A stretch of 64,000 bases of DNA from the IMG/VR virus record IMGVR_UViG_3300020186_000013, positions 1 to 64,000 of that record. One strand, given 5' to 3'. Of the stretch, positions 9,074 to 18,663 are shown one piece after another. The position numbers were made by a program, and so were the translations under genes. Numbering within the stretch: the first letter of the stretch is position 1; each line of letters begins with the position of its first letter. The notes under the pieces were generated by a model, which was not told where the DNA came from, ran no database searches, and saw only the letters and a list, made by a program, of their open reading frames with translations.

Positions 9074-9676
9074 TCAGGCCATGTCCTGCGTGGGACGCCA
9101 GCCGTGACCGTTGTTGTGAATCGCACCCACCAGGGGTGCGAACGGCTGGACGTACAGGAGCTGGGGCTTTTCCTTAGTCCCGCCGAAGTACGTCCAGCGG
9201 AGGCCACGCACCCAATAGGCGTCCAGCCCCCCGTTGTGAATCAACAAACCTTGCTGCACCCCCTTGCGGGGGAAAATAAGCCCTATCGTCCGATCCAGGG
9301 CCTGCCCCGAAACCTGCTCGTAGAACTCCTCGTAGGCTTCAACCCACGGGGCATCCTGAAAGCGTCGGAACAACGCAGGGGTCGTGCACCGGAGATCGGT
9401 ATGCAGCTTCACTCCCCCTAGTCGGGAACAACCAAGAACAATCGGAAAGGTCGGAAACATCTCATTGAAGAGACTCACCGTCAGAAGGTTCTCACCGACA
9501 AGATCGCGAGACTTGCGGAGCATGTCCCACTTCTTGTTCGTGACGCCGAACCTCTTCAACAGGAACTGGACCTTCCCCTCCTCGAAGCGACGGGCCTCGG
9601 AGAGGTTCCACTCGGCCTTCTTGTCACGCCCCTTCTGCATGTCGCCGAAAGGGTGCGGTTTCTCTTTGTCGCTCAC
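9074..9676 (-). CDS. hypothetical protein downstream of recA
   Basis: 200-aa ORF coupled to recA stop. Confidence 0.65.
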   Translation of the reverse strand: MSDKEKPHPFGDMQKGRDKKAEWNLSEARRFEEGKVQFLLKRFGVTNKKWDMLRKSRDLVGENLLTVSLFNEMFPTFPIVLGCSRLGGVKLHTDLRCTTPALFRRFQDAPWVEAYEEFYEQVSGQALDRTIGLIFPRKGVQQGLLIHNGGLDAYWVRGLRWTYFGGTKEKPQLLYVQPFAPLVGAIHNNGHGWRPTQDMA

Positions 9677-11229
9677 GGCATGCCCTCACCCGCTGCCGCC
9701 ATGCTGGCAAGATAGTCGCCCTCAAGTTGCGGTAGTGACCGGATTCGCAGGGCACGCCGCAAGAGAGCCATCAGCTTCGGATCGTTCCGGAGTTTAGCAC
9801 CCATCTCGGAATAACTTAGCGGGTCCTTCTCAGAAACGCCAGCCGCCTTGCTCCACGCCTGACAGTCGACGTGACCGCCAGGATTCTTGAACCCCATGTC
9901 GAAGCCATCCTCCTTGAGGTACTTCCGGAGGCGGATGTTCTTCTCCTTATTGCCCTCCATAATGGACCAGAGAAGGCGTACCATCGCCCAGTCCCAGTCC
10001 CAGATCGTCTTCTGCTTGAACTCACCCGTCTCCTCATCCAGTTCCTCCCACCACAGCACGCGGGTCACGATGCTGCGGTGCGTAGGGCCGAACGAGTTCT
10101 TCGCACAGCTAATCTCGACCTGGAAGCCGTCCCACTCGGACGACTCAATCACCTTCGGGCCGACGCGACGCAGCTCCAACTCGAAACTCTCCTGGAACAG
10201 CGTCTGCTTGCCCCCGGCCATGTTGCGGACGTCCTGACCGGTGTCCGGGTTCTTGTCGAGCTTCAGGTGGTTGACCAGCACGACGCTGAACGGCCACCCG
10301 TCGAGCCACTGGGGCATGGTCTTCATGTACCGCGTGATCTTCAGGGCCTCCACCGGAAAGCCGCGACTCGCCGAGCCCTCCTTCCTGATCGACTCCTGAC
10401 TGTCGTCGCTCATCTTGCCCATGATCGAGTCGACGCCGAACAGGATCGGGAACGTCCGGCCAGGGCCGGGCTTGTCCTTCGTGCCGTCCATCATCTTCTT
10501 CTGGATCTTGACGCCGTCGGTCATGGCCTTCTGCCAATCCTCGACGCTGTTGCACCGCGTCAACACCATCCGCTCGAACGCCTCCTGCCCCATGATGCTC
10601 TCGTACCACGGGGGGTTGAACTTCGTCTCATTTTCTTTTAACTCAAAACCGCCACCAGCCAGATCGTGCCACCGGGCGATCTCAGCCAGCAGACCCGACT
10701 TGCCAGTGCCGTGCGTCGACACCAGGTGCCACACGAGACCCATCGGGAAGCCCTGATTAGCGATCACGAACTCGAACGCAAACGCCGGGACAGGGAACGA
10801 CACCACCAGCTGCTTGCTCTCCGACCCCAAGAATACGCCAGTGTGCCCCGACCCCAGTCGGGCCTGGTCGGCCACGCTCTTCATGTAATCGTCCATCTTG
10901 TGACCGCGTGCCGTACCGCCGCTTCGCCACCCCTTGAGGCTGTCCTGGGCCTTCCGGGTCAGCTTGCGGGGTTCCCCCAGACTGACCGTCTTCGGTCCGG
11001 TCTTCACGGCCTTACCCGCCGACGTCGTCACCGCCTTGGGGGGCGGCACCGGATCGGTGTTCGCTTCTTTCTCGTCATCATCACACGCAACGGTCGGCAG
11101 TTCGAGGGTCGTGACGTCGAAGAAGTCCGTCTCACCCTCTTCCTTGGCCGACACGCCGCCGATCGGTAATCCGTCCCCCTCCGATTTAGGGGCGACGGGC
11201 TTCAGGTAGTCTCTCTTGATCCGAGCCAT
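9673..11229 (-). CDS. recA: RecA/UvsX-like recombinase
   Basis: Walker A STHGTGKS, Walker B ILFGVDSI, VLVNHLK...AGGKQTLFQES.ELELRR, CAKNSFGP; start trimmed to MARIK at 11229. Confidence 0.8.
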   Translation of the reverse strand: MARIKRDYLKPVAPKSEGDGLPIGGVSAKEEGETDFFDVTTLELPTVACDDDEKEANTDPVPPPKAVTTSAGKAVKTGPKTVSLGEPRKLTRKAQDSLKGWRSGGTARGHKMDDYMKSVADQARLGSGHTGVFLGSESKQLVVSFPVPAFAFEFVIANQGFPMGLVWHLVSTHGTGKSGLLAEIARWHDLAGGGFELKENETKFNPPWYESIMGQEAFERMVLTRCNSVEDWQKAMTDGVKIQKKMMDGTKDKPGPGRTFPILFGVDSIMGKMSDDSQESIRKEGSASRGFPVEALKITRYMKTMPQWLDGWPFSVVLVNHLKLDKNPDTGQDVRNMAGGKQTLFQESFELELRRVGPKVIESSEWDGFQVEISCAKNSFGPTHRSIVTRVLWWEELDEETGEFKQKTIWDWDWAMVRLLWSIMEGNKEKNIRLRKYLKEDGFDMGFKNPGGHVDCQAWSKAAGVSEKDPLSYSEMGAKLRNDPKLMALLRRALRIRSLPQLEGDYLASMAAAGEGMP

Positions 11230-11254
11230 TGCAGCCCCTTGAAAGTCACTAGAC

Positions 11255-11286
11255 AAAAAGAAGCCAACCCCATGACTGGGGTTGGC
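11255..11286 (-). terminator. Rho-independent terminator
   Basis: Stem GCCAACCCCA/TGGGGTTGGC with 4-nt loop, then TTCTTTTT on minus strand, just after the SSB-like gene. Confidence 0.8.
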
Positions 11287-11292
11287 ACGACC

Positions 11293-11308
11293 TAGAAGCC
11301 GGTTTCTA
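11293..11308. promoter_or_regulatory. palindromic site TAGAAGCCGGTTTCTA
   Basis: Variant of recurrent 16-mer; overlaps upstream stop. Confidence 0.6.
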
Positions 11309-13384
11309 CTTCTTGTTCGCCTTGCCACCCGCCGCCGGCGGCGGGGTGGCGGCAGGATTCTTGCGAGCCGCAGCACGGGCAGCAGCGGCCTTGGCAGCCT
11401 GAAGCGTGTTCGCCATCTCGGCGTCCTTCTTCTTGGGCGACGCCACGGCCTCAGCCTCCTCGGTCTGCGTCCCCTTCTTACTCGCCGGCTTGGCAGCCGC
11501 AGCGGCCGGCTTCGCAACCGGCTTCGCGACAGGAGCTGCCGGTTTGGCCGCTGGCTTCGCGACCGGCTTGGCGGCGATCACCTCATCGAACACCTCGTCA
11601 CCGCTCGGCTTGGACTTGGGCTTGCCCGCCTTCGGCTTCACCGGGGCGACGACTGCTTCTTCCTCTTCTTCCTCGTCACCCTCCTCATCTACCTCCTCGT
11701 CGTCGTCTTCGTCACCCTCTTCAGCTTCCCCTTCGTCAGCGTCGCCTGCTTCAGGGTCGGCGTCGTCGGCCTCCTCATCGTCCTCAGCTTCGACGTCATC
11801 ATCGTCGTCAGCGTCGTCACCGTCGTCACCGTCGTCACCGTCATCGGCATCTTCGTCTTCGCCATCCTCGTCCTCCTCTTCCTCCTCGTCATCATCGTCG
11901 GCCGGTGGTGGTGGCGGGGGAGGCGTCTTGCCCTTCTTGGTCTTGACCGGTTCCTCTTCCTCAACCGGCGGGTCCTCGTCATCGTCGCCAGCGGTCGTGC
12001 CCGGCAGCGTCGGCTGGCTCACGTCCTTGCCCGCCTTCTTCTTTTTCTTCGGAGCGACCGGCAGCTCGTCATCGTCCGCACCGACCACCACAGTGCCGTC
12101 ATCGTCGTCATCGCCCGTGTCGGCAGGAATGACTGCCTCACCCGGATTCACAAACGACTTCGCGTTCACCAGGATCGGCTTGATCTGCTTGAGCCACTCG
12201 GGGTGATCGTTCAGACCGAAGATCAAAATGCCCGGCTCCTTGGCGAAACACCGAGCCATGACGTCGAGCTGCTCCTCGGGAGTCATAACGCGGACGAGGC
12301 CCTTCTGTATCACCTTGCCGGCGGCGTCGACCATATCGAACCACGGCATGCTCTTGTTGAAAATCTCGTCAACGGCGTCACCTTCGAGATCCGGCGTAAA
12401 CTCCTCGTCGTCGATCTTGACGGACTTGAGCAGGGCGACCTGGTACTTCCAGATGCCATTCTCGCCGCCCTCGGGGGACTTGCCGTCCCACGACGTGCAC
12501 CGGGCCATGCCCTCCTTCTCGGGGTGTAACTTCTTGTTGAACCGGGGATTGAAGACCGCGACGATCTTGCCCCCGACGATCTTGTTCTCCTTCGGGCGGT
12601 ACACGCCCAACGGATCGTGCAGGAACATCTTGCGGTACTCGCCGGGCTGAGCAGCCTCGGCGTCCTTACGCTTGATATTCATCAGGTCCTGCAACCCCTG
12701 GCCGGCCGACGCCGACAGCTCCAGGACCACGAGCGGGTCGCCGGGGTTGAGGCCGTACGGCACCTCACGCGGCTTGCCGTCCTTGATCATGTACGACGTC
12801 GGGCCGACCTTGTAGACGCCGCCCTGGGCCAAGTACATGTCCTTCGGCCACGAGATGCAAGAGCCCTTGTTCTTCGACCCCACCATGTACTTGTTCCACG
12901 ACAGCTTCCACCCATCCGTGCTCTCGCCCTTGATCGACGCCTTGTGGGCGTCGGAGCAGGCGTTAATGAACGGGAAGAACGGACTCAGCGGGCGGATCGC
13001 CTGGTCGATCGTCGGGTCGTGCAGAACGAAGCTCACCTTCGGGCAGTCGGGGTGCCCGAAGTATGCCGCCACAGCCGGCAGGTGACAGAAGAACGGCGTG
13101 AAGCCGGTCAACTTGTCCGACTTACGCCAGCTCCGCAACTGGGTCGTCGGGTTCTCCATGGACAACGCCGGAGCGAGGCGGCAGTACAGCGGCTCGCCGT
13201 CGTACTTGCCACGGATCACCTTGTACTTCGGGATGTTGTCGGAATCGTTGCTCACGTTGAGCACCATGGAGGAACCGCTGCCGCGATCCTCCTTGCCGCC
13301 GTGCTTCTCGTTGTCGTACGTCTCGGTCGTCATCGACGGCAGGTTCCGCTTGATGCGTCCGCGAGACTTATCAGACTCAGCCAT
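11306..13384 (-). CDS. large protein with long acidic tract and AKP-rich tail; candidate ssDNA-binding protein
   Basis: Adjacent to recA; D/E-rich low-complexity region followed by AAKPVAKP repeats; function inferred from context. Confidence 0.55.
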   Translation of the reverse strand: MAESDKSRGRIKRNLPSMTTETYDNEKHGGKEDRGSGSSMVLNVSNDSDNIPKYKVIRGKYDGEPLYCRLAPALSMENPTTQLRSWRKSDKLTGFTPFFCHLPAVAAYFGHPDCPKVSFVLHDPTIDQAIRPLSPFFPFINACSDAHKASIKGESTDGWKLSWNKYMVGSKNKGSCISWPKDMYLAQGGVYKVGPTSYMIKDGKPREVPYGLNPGDPLVVLELSASAGQGLQDLMNIKRKDAEAAQPGEYRKMFLHDPLGVYRPKENKIVGGKIVAVFNPRFNKKLHPEKEGMARCTSWDGKSPEGGENGIWKYQVALLKSVKIDDEEFTPDLEGDAVDEIFNKSMPWFDMVDAAGKVIQKGLVRVMTPEEQLDVMARCFAKEPGILIFGLNDHPEWLKQIKPILVNAKSFVNPGEAVIPADTGDDDDDGTVVVGADDDELPVAPKKKKKAGKDVSQPTLPGTTAGDDDEDPPVEEEEPVKTKKGKTPPPPPPPADDDDEEEEEDEDGEDEDADDGDDGDDGDDADDDDDVEAEDDEEADDADPEAGDADEGEAEEGDEDDDEEVDEEGDEEEEEEAVVAPVKPKAGKPKSKPSGDEVFDEVIAAKPVAKPAAKPAAPVAKPVAKPAAAAAKPASKKGTQTEEAEAVASPKKKDAEMANTLQAAKAAAARAAARKNPAATPPPAAGGKANKK

Positions 13385-13395
13385 GGTTATCCTTT

Positions 13396-14001
13396 TCACT
13401 TCTGTGTGGAGGTACAGAACAGGCCCGTCAGCTCAATGAGCTTGTCGAGCTTGCGGTAGAACTCCAGGTACGATCCATGATTCGAGATCATGAAATCACA
13501 GTCTTCCGCCGCGAACTCCACAGTGGGGTCCACGGCCGCTCGGGGGTTGGCAATCCAGATCGAGGCGTCAATGGTGTTGTCCTTGACCGCCCCGTGCAAT
13601 TCCTGCCGACCCCGAAGCCCGACGGCGAAGTCGCCGTCGCCGAGGATCATCCGGGCCAACAGGCTGAGGTCCTTGCCCCGCACCATGTGGCCGACGGTGA
13701 TCCAAAACTCGCGGTTCTGGTGCCGTTCGGCCCAGACCACGCTCTCTTCCCCTTCCGTCGCGTGTGCCACGAACTTGACCAAGTTGTTCGACGAACTGCC
13801 GCCGTACTTGAGACCCGTCGCGGCACAGATGTACTCTGCGGCCGTGTCCTTCCCGGACCGGCCCATACCGAGGATGGCAAACACCGGGATACCGTGTGTG
13901 GCACGCCACGCCTTACGCTGGCGGTAGTTCTCCTCTTTCTGCTCAATGAACGCCCGATGGACCGTCTTGGCCTCATCGACACGCTCTTGCAAACCGACCA
14001 T
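13396..14001 (-). CDS. deoxynucleoside monophosphate kinase-like P-loop protein
   Basis: ILGMGRSGKDTAAEYI, R..W...G, GLR..QE, CDFMISNHGS; start uncertain. Confidence 0.7.
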   Translation of the reverse strand: MVGLQERVDEAKTVHRAFIEQKEENYRQRKAWRATHGIPVFAILGMGRSGKDTAAEYICAATGLKYGGSSSNNLVKFVAHATEGEESVVWAERHQNREFWITVGHMVRGKDLSLLARMILGDGDFAVGLRGRQELHGAVKDNTIDASIWIANPRAAVDPTVEFAAEDCDFMISNHGSYLEFYRKLDKLIELTGLFCTSTQK

Positions 14002-14078
14002 GCTGTAGTTCACAGAAACACTCCGTTGCAGGAGGACGTATCCTACCCGACCGGCCCAAACCGGCCAAACTCGGTAGG

Positions 14079-17000
14079 TCAGATCTTCTCGCCCCACCAG
14101 GTACAGATCTCCTTGTCGGACCCCAGGTAGTACGGCCCCCGGCCCTCGATCGGCGTGCCGTTGAGGCGGGTCGGGTAGATGGGGACCTGGGTGAGGCTCC
14201 ACGGGATCAGCACGTTGTGGATGTAGTCGCGATACTTCTTCTTGTTGCGGATCAGCAGTGCGTCATGGATCTGCAACTGCCAGTAAAAAATGTACTCACC
14301 GAACTCGGGCAGCAGTCGCTCCCGAGCCTGGTGAAGTACGGACAACCAACGGTCGACGAAGTCCGCAATCATGGACTGGATCGGGAAGTTCATCGCCTGC
14401 CGCTCGAACTCACCCTCCAGCTTGGAGTCGGAGGTCGCCGGGAAGCGACGCATCCGACCAAAGCAGTTGCACAGCCACCCGACGTTGACGGCCCGGAAGC
14501 GGGCCTCCGCGAAGAAGTCTTGCAACTCCGGGTACATCGCGAACACCGCGTCGATGACCGCCTGAGCGTCGTCGACGGACACCTCGGGCTCGCCCGGCTT
14601 CCGCTGCTCCTTCGCCGCCAGTGCAATCGCCTTGGCCTGGCGACCATACGCGATGCCGAAAATCACCGTCTTGGCGATGTTACGCAGGTGAACCTTGCCG
14701 ATCGACGCCAAGCCCGGCTTCGACGGGTGGCACGACAGCTTGAACGCCATCTTGGCGACCGAGCTGTGGATATCGTGGAACTCCGGGTGCGGGTACGGGC
14801 ACGTCTTGCACTTCTTCAGGGGTGCCCCGGCCTCGCCGTGCGTGCACCGCATGCCGTCGATCGAGTACCCGTCCTCGGCGTACGTCAGTGCCCGAGCCGT
14901 GTGGTCGATCATGAGGGTCGAGTTCGACATGATGGCCATGCCCCGAAGCTCGGCCCCCATGAGGTCCCGCTCGCCCAACTCCCACTCGTCCTCGGCGGTC
15001 GTCGCCACCCAGCCCTCGACCTTCTTGCCGTCCTTCCAGAACGTCTGTGGTGTCAGGGTGCCGGGCGGCGGCGACCGGAAGATCGACCGCAGCTTGTGCT
15101 TGTACAGCGTCTTGCCGTCGTCCCCGACCAGCAGCCGCTCGTAGTCCGGGTCGCGGGTCTTGCTGATGTTCTGCAAGTTCGGCCGCGACGACTTCCAGCG
15201 GCCGGTTTCCGCCGTCGGGTACAGGTGGGTCCGGACCATACCGTCGTCGTCGATGCACCCAGCGATACCCTCCGTGAACTCGTACTCCTCCCCGCCCTCG
15301 TCGTCAAGCAAGATGTTGCCCTGCTCGTCCTTCTGGGTGATCCAGTTCTGGTTCGCATCCTCCTCGGGCGTACGGAGCAGGCTCTTGAGCACCTGATCCA
15401 GGAAGCGGTAATCGCGGATCATGTTGATCTGATCCGCCACCTCCGGGTTCTCCTGGGCCAAGATCGCCAGGACCGCTTTGCCCGTGCCCGGCGTGTGGTC
15501 GCGAGTCCGCCCCATGGCGACGATATCGCTCCACTTCTTGGGCGGCTTGTCAGTCGTCAGCAAGGGCTCCACCCGCAGGCACTTAGCACCCTTGGGCCGG
15601 AGGCGAATCGGCTCGCCGTCCTTAGTCACCTTGCCGTTGTACTCGACCCCGAACAGAACCTCCTTTACGTGTTGCACACTGCGGATGTTGAACTCCGGCC
15701 ACCCGAACTCGTCGACAATAGCCTGCTCCAGGCTCGCCCGTGCGGTCGAGAAGTCACGGGTCAACTTCTTCACCCGCTTGATGTCAACGAAGATGCCCTG
15801 CTGGTGGATCTCCAGGATGATCGGCAGCGTCAACATGCTGCCGCCGAACGGCTCCCACACGCAGTTGAACTCGTAGTCCTCGTCGAGGTAGCCCATCGCC
15901 GTGACCGCGATGCGGCGGGTGGCGTCGGCGTCATAGTTGCCATACGGCACCAGGATGTCGTCCGGAATCTTGCCGTACCCTTCGAGGGCCTTCCGCTTGA
16001 TCTTCAACTGCTTACACAGCTCGACGACCGAGTCCTCCAGGGCGATGTCATACCGGGGACAGGTGGTGTACCGCATCGCCACCGACTCCAGTCCCAGCAA
16101 CGCTGTCTCCTCGATCGAGTGAATCATCATGCCGGTATCGAGCCCGCCCTCGCCCTGCATACACCGAACCCAGAACGGCGTGCCGTCCTCGGCGTCCTCG
16201 GTCGGAATGAAGAAACCCTTGCGGAAGTCGAACCCGTGGTAGACGAGGTGCTCCAAGTCAGCCACGAAGAAGTGGCCCACGATCCGGTACTGGTTGACGA
16301 ACTTCGTGGTCGCCTTGGCCAGCCGAGCGGTGGCGTCCTTGCCGTTCTTGTCCTTGAAGCAGCACTTGCCCTCGGTATCGTTGAGGACGAAGCAGATCGC
16401 CTTCTTGTGCCCCCACGACATCTGGATGGTGCGGACGTACGAGTTAGAGTTGACCGGGTGGGTGCCCTCCCACTCGGCGTCGATGGCGATGATGTTCATG
16501 CCTGGCGGCTCGTTCGCCAGGTCGGCAGCCGCCTCCTCCTCCCACGCCAGGTACTCTTCCCACGACGTACACTTGCGGTGGTCGATGTCGGTCTCGGTTA
16601 GCCCCGTCTTGGCCTCCTTGAGCACGAACGCGAACCGGCCGCACCCGCGTTCCAACGTCCGGCGGGACGCAGGGTCACGGGCCACCTGAGCAGGGTGTAC
16701 GACCGTCATGCACATCGCCTGGTGGATGATGGGCTCGCTGTCCTCATCGAAGTGAACCGGGAACTCGAACGGGACCAGCCGCCCCTCCATGTATCCGACA
16801 CCAGCCTTGCTGCCCAGGAGGGCTTTCGAGGCATCGGCCCCAAGCAGGAGGATGTAGTCCGGCTTGACGATGCGGAGTTCCTGGTGGAGCAGCGGCATGC
16901 AGTCCGCGATCCACCCCGACTTGAGCGTGGTCTGGTCGTCGGGGGGCATGAACTTCACCAAGCTGGTGACGTACCAATGGGCCATCTCCTGGCGACTAAT

Positions 17001-17552
17001 GCGGGCCTCGATCATGGCCTCCAACAGGATCTCTCCCGTCGAACCAACCAGGTAGCGGCACTTCTCGCTCTCCTCCTTCCACGGCATCTTGCCAATGACC
17101 ATCACCTTCGCAGGGTGCGGGCCGTCGGTCACCGGTGGCTTTACGTACGGGTCCATCTCAGACTGGATGAACGCCGCCATGTGCTGACCCCAGATGTGTC
17201 CGGGGACAAACGTCACCTCCTTCGGTGGCTGACCAGGGCGGACCTCGACCCGCAACGGGAACAGGGGCTCCCGGAGTGCCCGGCGGTAAAGCGTGTCCAA
17301 CCGCTGGGACGGCCGGTAAATGAGCTTCCCGGTCTTCTTCTCCTTCATGAAGACAGTCTTCAGCTCGGGCGGGTCGTCCTTCTCCTCGTGGTCTGTGAGC
17401 CGCAGGAAGTTCGGCCCCGGCGGGGGCATGCCGGGGGCGTTCCAGTGGTACGCCCCCCGGTTCAACATCATCTTCCGCTGGGTACGGACGACCTTCTTCT
17501 GAAGTTCCGCACCCAGAGTCACGACCCGACGCTTGAGCCGTTCAATTTCCAT
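14079..17552 (-). CDS. polA: family A DNA polymerase with N-terminal uracil-DNA-glycosylase-like domain and 3'-5' exonuclease
   Basis: UDG-like VMVIG...LVG.TG..L...ELRIVKP.YILLLG...VHPA; exo IAIDAE; TGRWKSSRPNLQNI; motif A DLMGAELR, motif B RNIAKTVIFGIAYG, motif C LQIHDAL. Confidence 0.92.
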   Translation of the reverse strand: MEIERLKRRVVTLGAELQKKVVRTQRKMMLNRGAYHWNAPGMPPPGPNFLRLTDHEEKDDPPELKTVFMKEKKTGKLIYRPSQRLDTLYRRALREPLFPLRVEVRPGQPPKEVTFVPGHIWGQHMAAFIQSEMDPYVKPPVTDGPHPAKVMVIGKMPWKEESEKCRYLVGSTGEILLEAMIEARISRQEMAHWYVTSLVKFMPPDDQTTLKSGWIADCMPLLHQELRIVKPDYILLLGADASKALLGSKAGVGYMEGRLVPFEFPVHFDEDSEPIIHQAMCMTVVHPAQVARDPASRRTLERGCGRFAFVLKEAKTGLTETDIDHRKCTSWEEYLAWEEEAAADLANEPPGMNIIAIDAEWEGTHPVNSNSYVRTIQMSWGHKKAICFVLNDTEGKCCFKDKNGKDATARLAKATTKFVNQYRIVGHFFVADLEHLVYHGFDFRKGFFIPTEDAEDGTPFWVRCMQGEGGLDTGMMIHSIEETALLGLESVAMRYTTCPRYDIALEDSVVELCKQLKIKRKALEGYGKIPDDILVPYGNYDADATRRIAVTAMGYLDEDYEFNCVWEPFGGSMLTLPIILEIHQQGIFVDIKRVKKLTRDFSTARASLEQAIVDEFGWPEFNIRSVQHVKEVLFGVEYNGKVTKDGEPIRLRPKGAKCLRVEPLLTTDKPPKKWSDIVAMGRTRDHTPGTGKAVLAILAQENPEVADQINMIRDYRFLDQVLKSLLRTPEEDANQNWITQKDEQGNILLDDEGGEEYEFTEGIAGCIDDDGMVRTHLYPTAETGRWKSSRPNLQNISKTRDPDYERLLVGDDGKTLYKHKLRSIFRSPPPGTLTPQTFWKDGKKVEGWVATTAEDEWELGERDLMGAELRGMAIMSNSTLMIDHTARALTYAEDGYSIDGMRCTHGEAGAPLKKCKTCPYPHPEFHDIHSSVAKMAFKLSCHPSKPGLASIGKVHLRNIAKTVIFGIAYGRQAKAIALAAKEQRKPGEPEVSVDDAQAVIDAVFAMYPELQDFFAEARFRAVNVGWLCNCFGRMRRFPATSDSKLEGEFERQAMNFPIQSMIADFVDRWLSVLHQARERLLPEFGEYIFYWQLQIHDALLIRNKKKYRDYIHNVLIPWSLTQVPIYPTRLNGTPIEGRGPYYLGSDKEICTWWGEKI

Positions 17553-18663
17553 TTGTTGGCACCTTAGCGAACGACACCTCGACGCCCTGGTCTTCCGCCT
17601 CCGCGATCACGTACTCGCGAAGGAAGTCTCGGTCCAGGGAGCCGGGGTCCGTATTGGGGGGCAGCTTGACGACCGCGACGTGCTCCATCCTCGCCTTCAG
17701 CTTCCGGACCAAGTCCTTCGTGGCGACCGTGTCAAACTCCTCGGGGTCGAGGAGCACCACGCCCGCCCGCTTCTTGAACACAGCCACGAAGTCACGTTGC
17801 TGCTGGGACGACAGGGTCTTGCCCAACAGCGGCATGGCCATGGGACCAAACGCGAACACGTCAAACCAGCCCTCGACGAGTACGCCGGTATGGAACTCCC
17901 TGGCGTTGTCGAGGTTCGCCAGGAACGCACTCTTGGGCATATTCGGTTCGGTGAAATACTTCGGCGGGAGGTTACGCTTGTTCGGCCCCTTCCAGTCCAG
18001 CTCCCCGCAGTACCGGGCCTGCCAGCCCACCAACTTGCCCCGGTTACGCATCGGGACAATGATCCTCTTCCGGGCCAGGTAGTGGACGGACTCCTCGCAA
18101 TAACCCACCCCGTAAAACTTCGAGAGGACGACAGGGTCGAGCTTACGGCCCTTGATGTAGCTGTAGGCCGGATGGCCCTTATCCAGCTCATGTAGCGGCG
18201 TCACCACGCCCGGCAGCCTCGCCTTGAGTTTGGACAAGTCGACGACCTTGCCGACCCGGATCGTGGCACGGGCCAGCTTCAGGGTCGGCGAGTACAGCAT
18301 GTCACGTAGGGTCTTGCGGTTGTCCCCTTTCCCCATGCACGACTCGTTGTAGCAAATCGTCATGAAGTCCAAGCTGCGACCGGACTCCTTGTCCTTGGTG
18401 CCGTACCGATGGTTGATGTACAGCCGAAACGTGGTGTCGTTACAGAACGGGCAGCACACCCGGTAATACTCCCCGTCTTGCTTGATCACCATGTAGTCGC
18501 CGCCACGGCTCAGGACCTGACCGTCGCCCTGCACCTGACCGTCGACGGCGGGGGTGTAGCCCGGACGGGAGTACCCGTCAAAGGCTTGGCCCTTGTTGCT
18601 GATCTTAACCCCGCCGAACACCTCCTTCAGCCGGTCGTAAAGGACCTCGTTGAGAGCCGTCAT
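17542..18663 (-). CDS. DNA primase (Zn finger + TOPRIM)
   Basis: CPFCND..C...C, RIIVP...VGWQAR, PKY, LVEGWFD, LLDPE, DPG. Confidence 0.85.
   Translation of the reverse strand: MTALNEVLYDRLKEVFGGVKISNKGQAFDGYSRPGYTPAVDGQVQGDGQVLSRGGDYMVIKQDGEYYRVCCPFCNDTTFRLYINHRYGTKDKESGRSLDFMTICYNESCMGKGDNRKTLRDMLYSPTLKLARATIRVGKVVDLSKLKARLPGVVTPLHELDKGHPAYSYIKGRKLDPVVLSKFYGVGYCEESVHYLARKRIIVPMRNRGKLVGWQARYCGELDWKGPNKRNLPPKYFTEPNMPKSAFLANLDNAREFHTGVLVEGWFDVFAFGPMAMPLLGKTLSSQQQRDFVAVFKKRAGVVLLDPEEFDTVATKDLVRKLKARMEHVAVVKLPPNTDPGSLDRDFLREYVIAEAEDQGVEVSFAKVPTNGN

Noticed and set aside
9074-9676. Holliday junction resolvase call
   Set aside because: Context fits, but no convincing PD-(D/E)XK or RuvC catalytic residues seen.
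11229-11517. N-terminal extension of the RecA ORF in the track
   Set aside because: It runs through the upstream gene's tail and a terminator; the real start is probably 11229.
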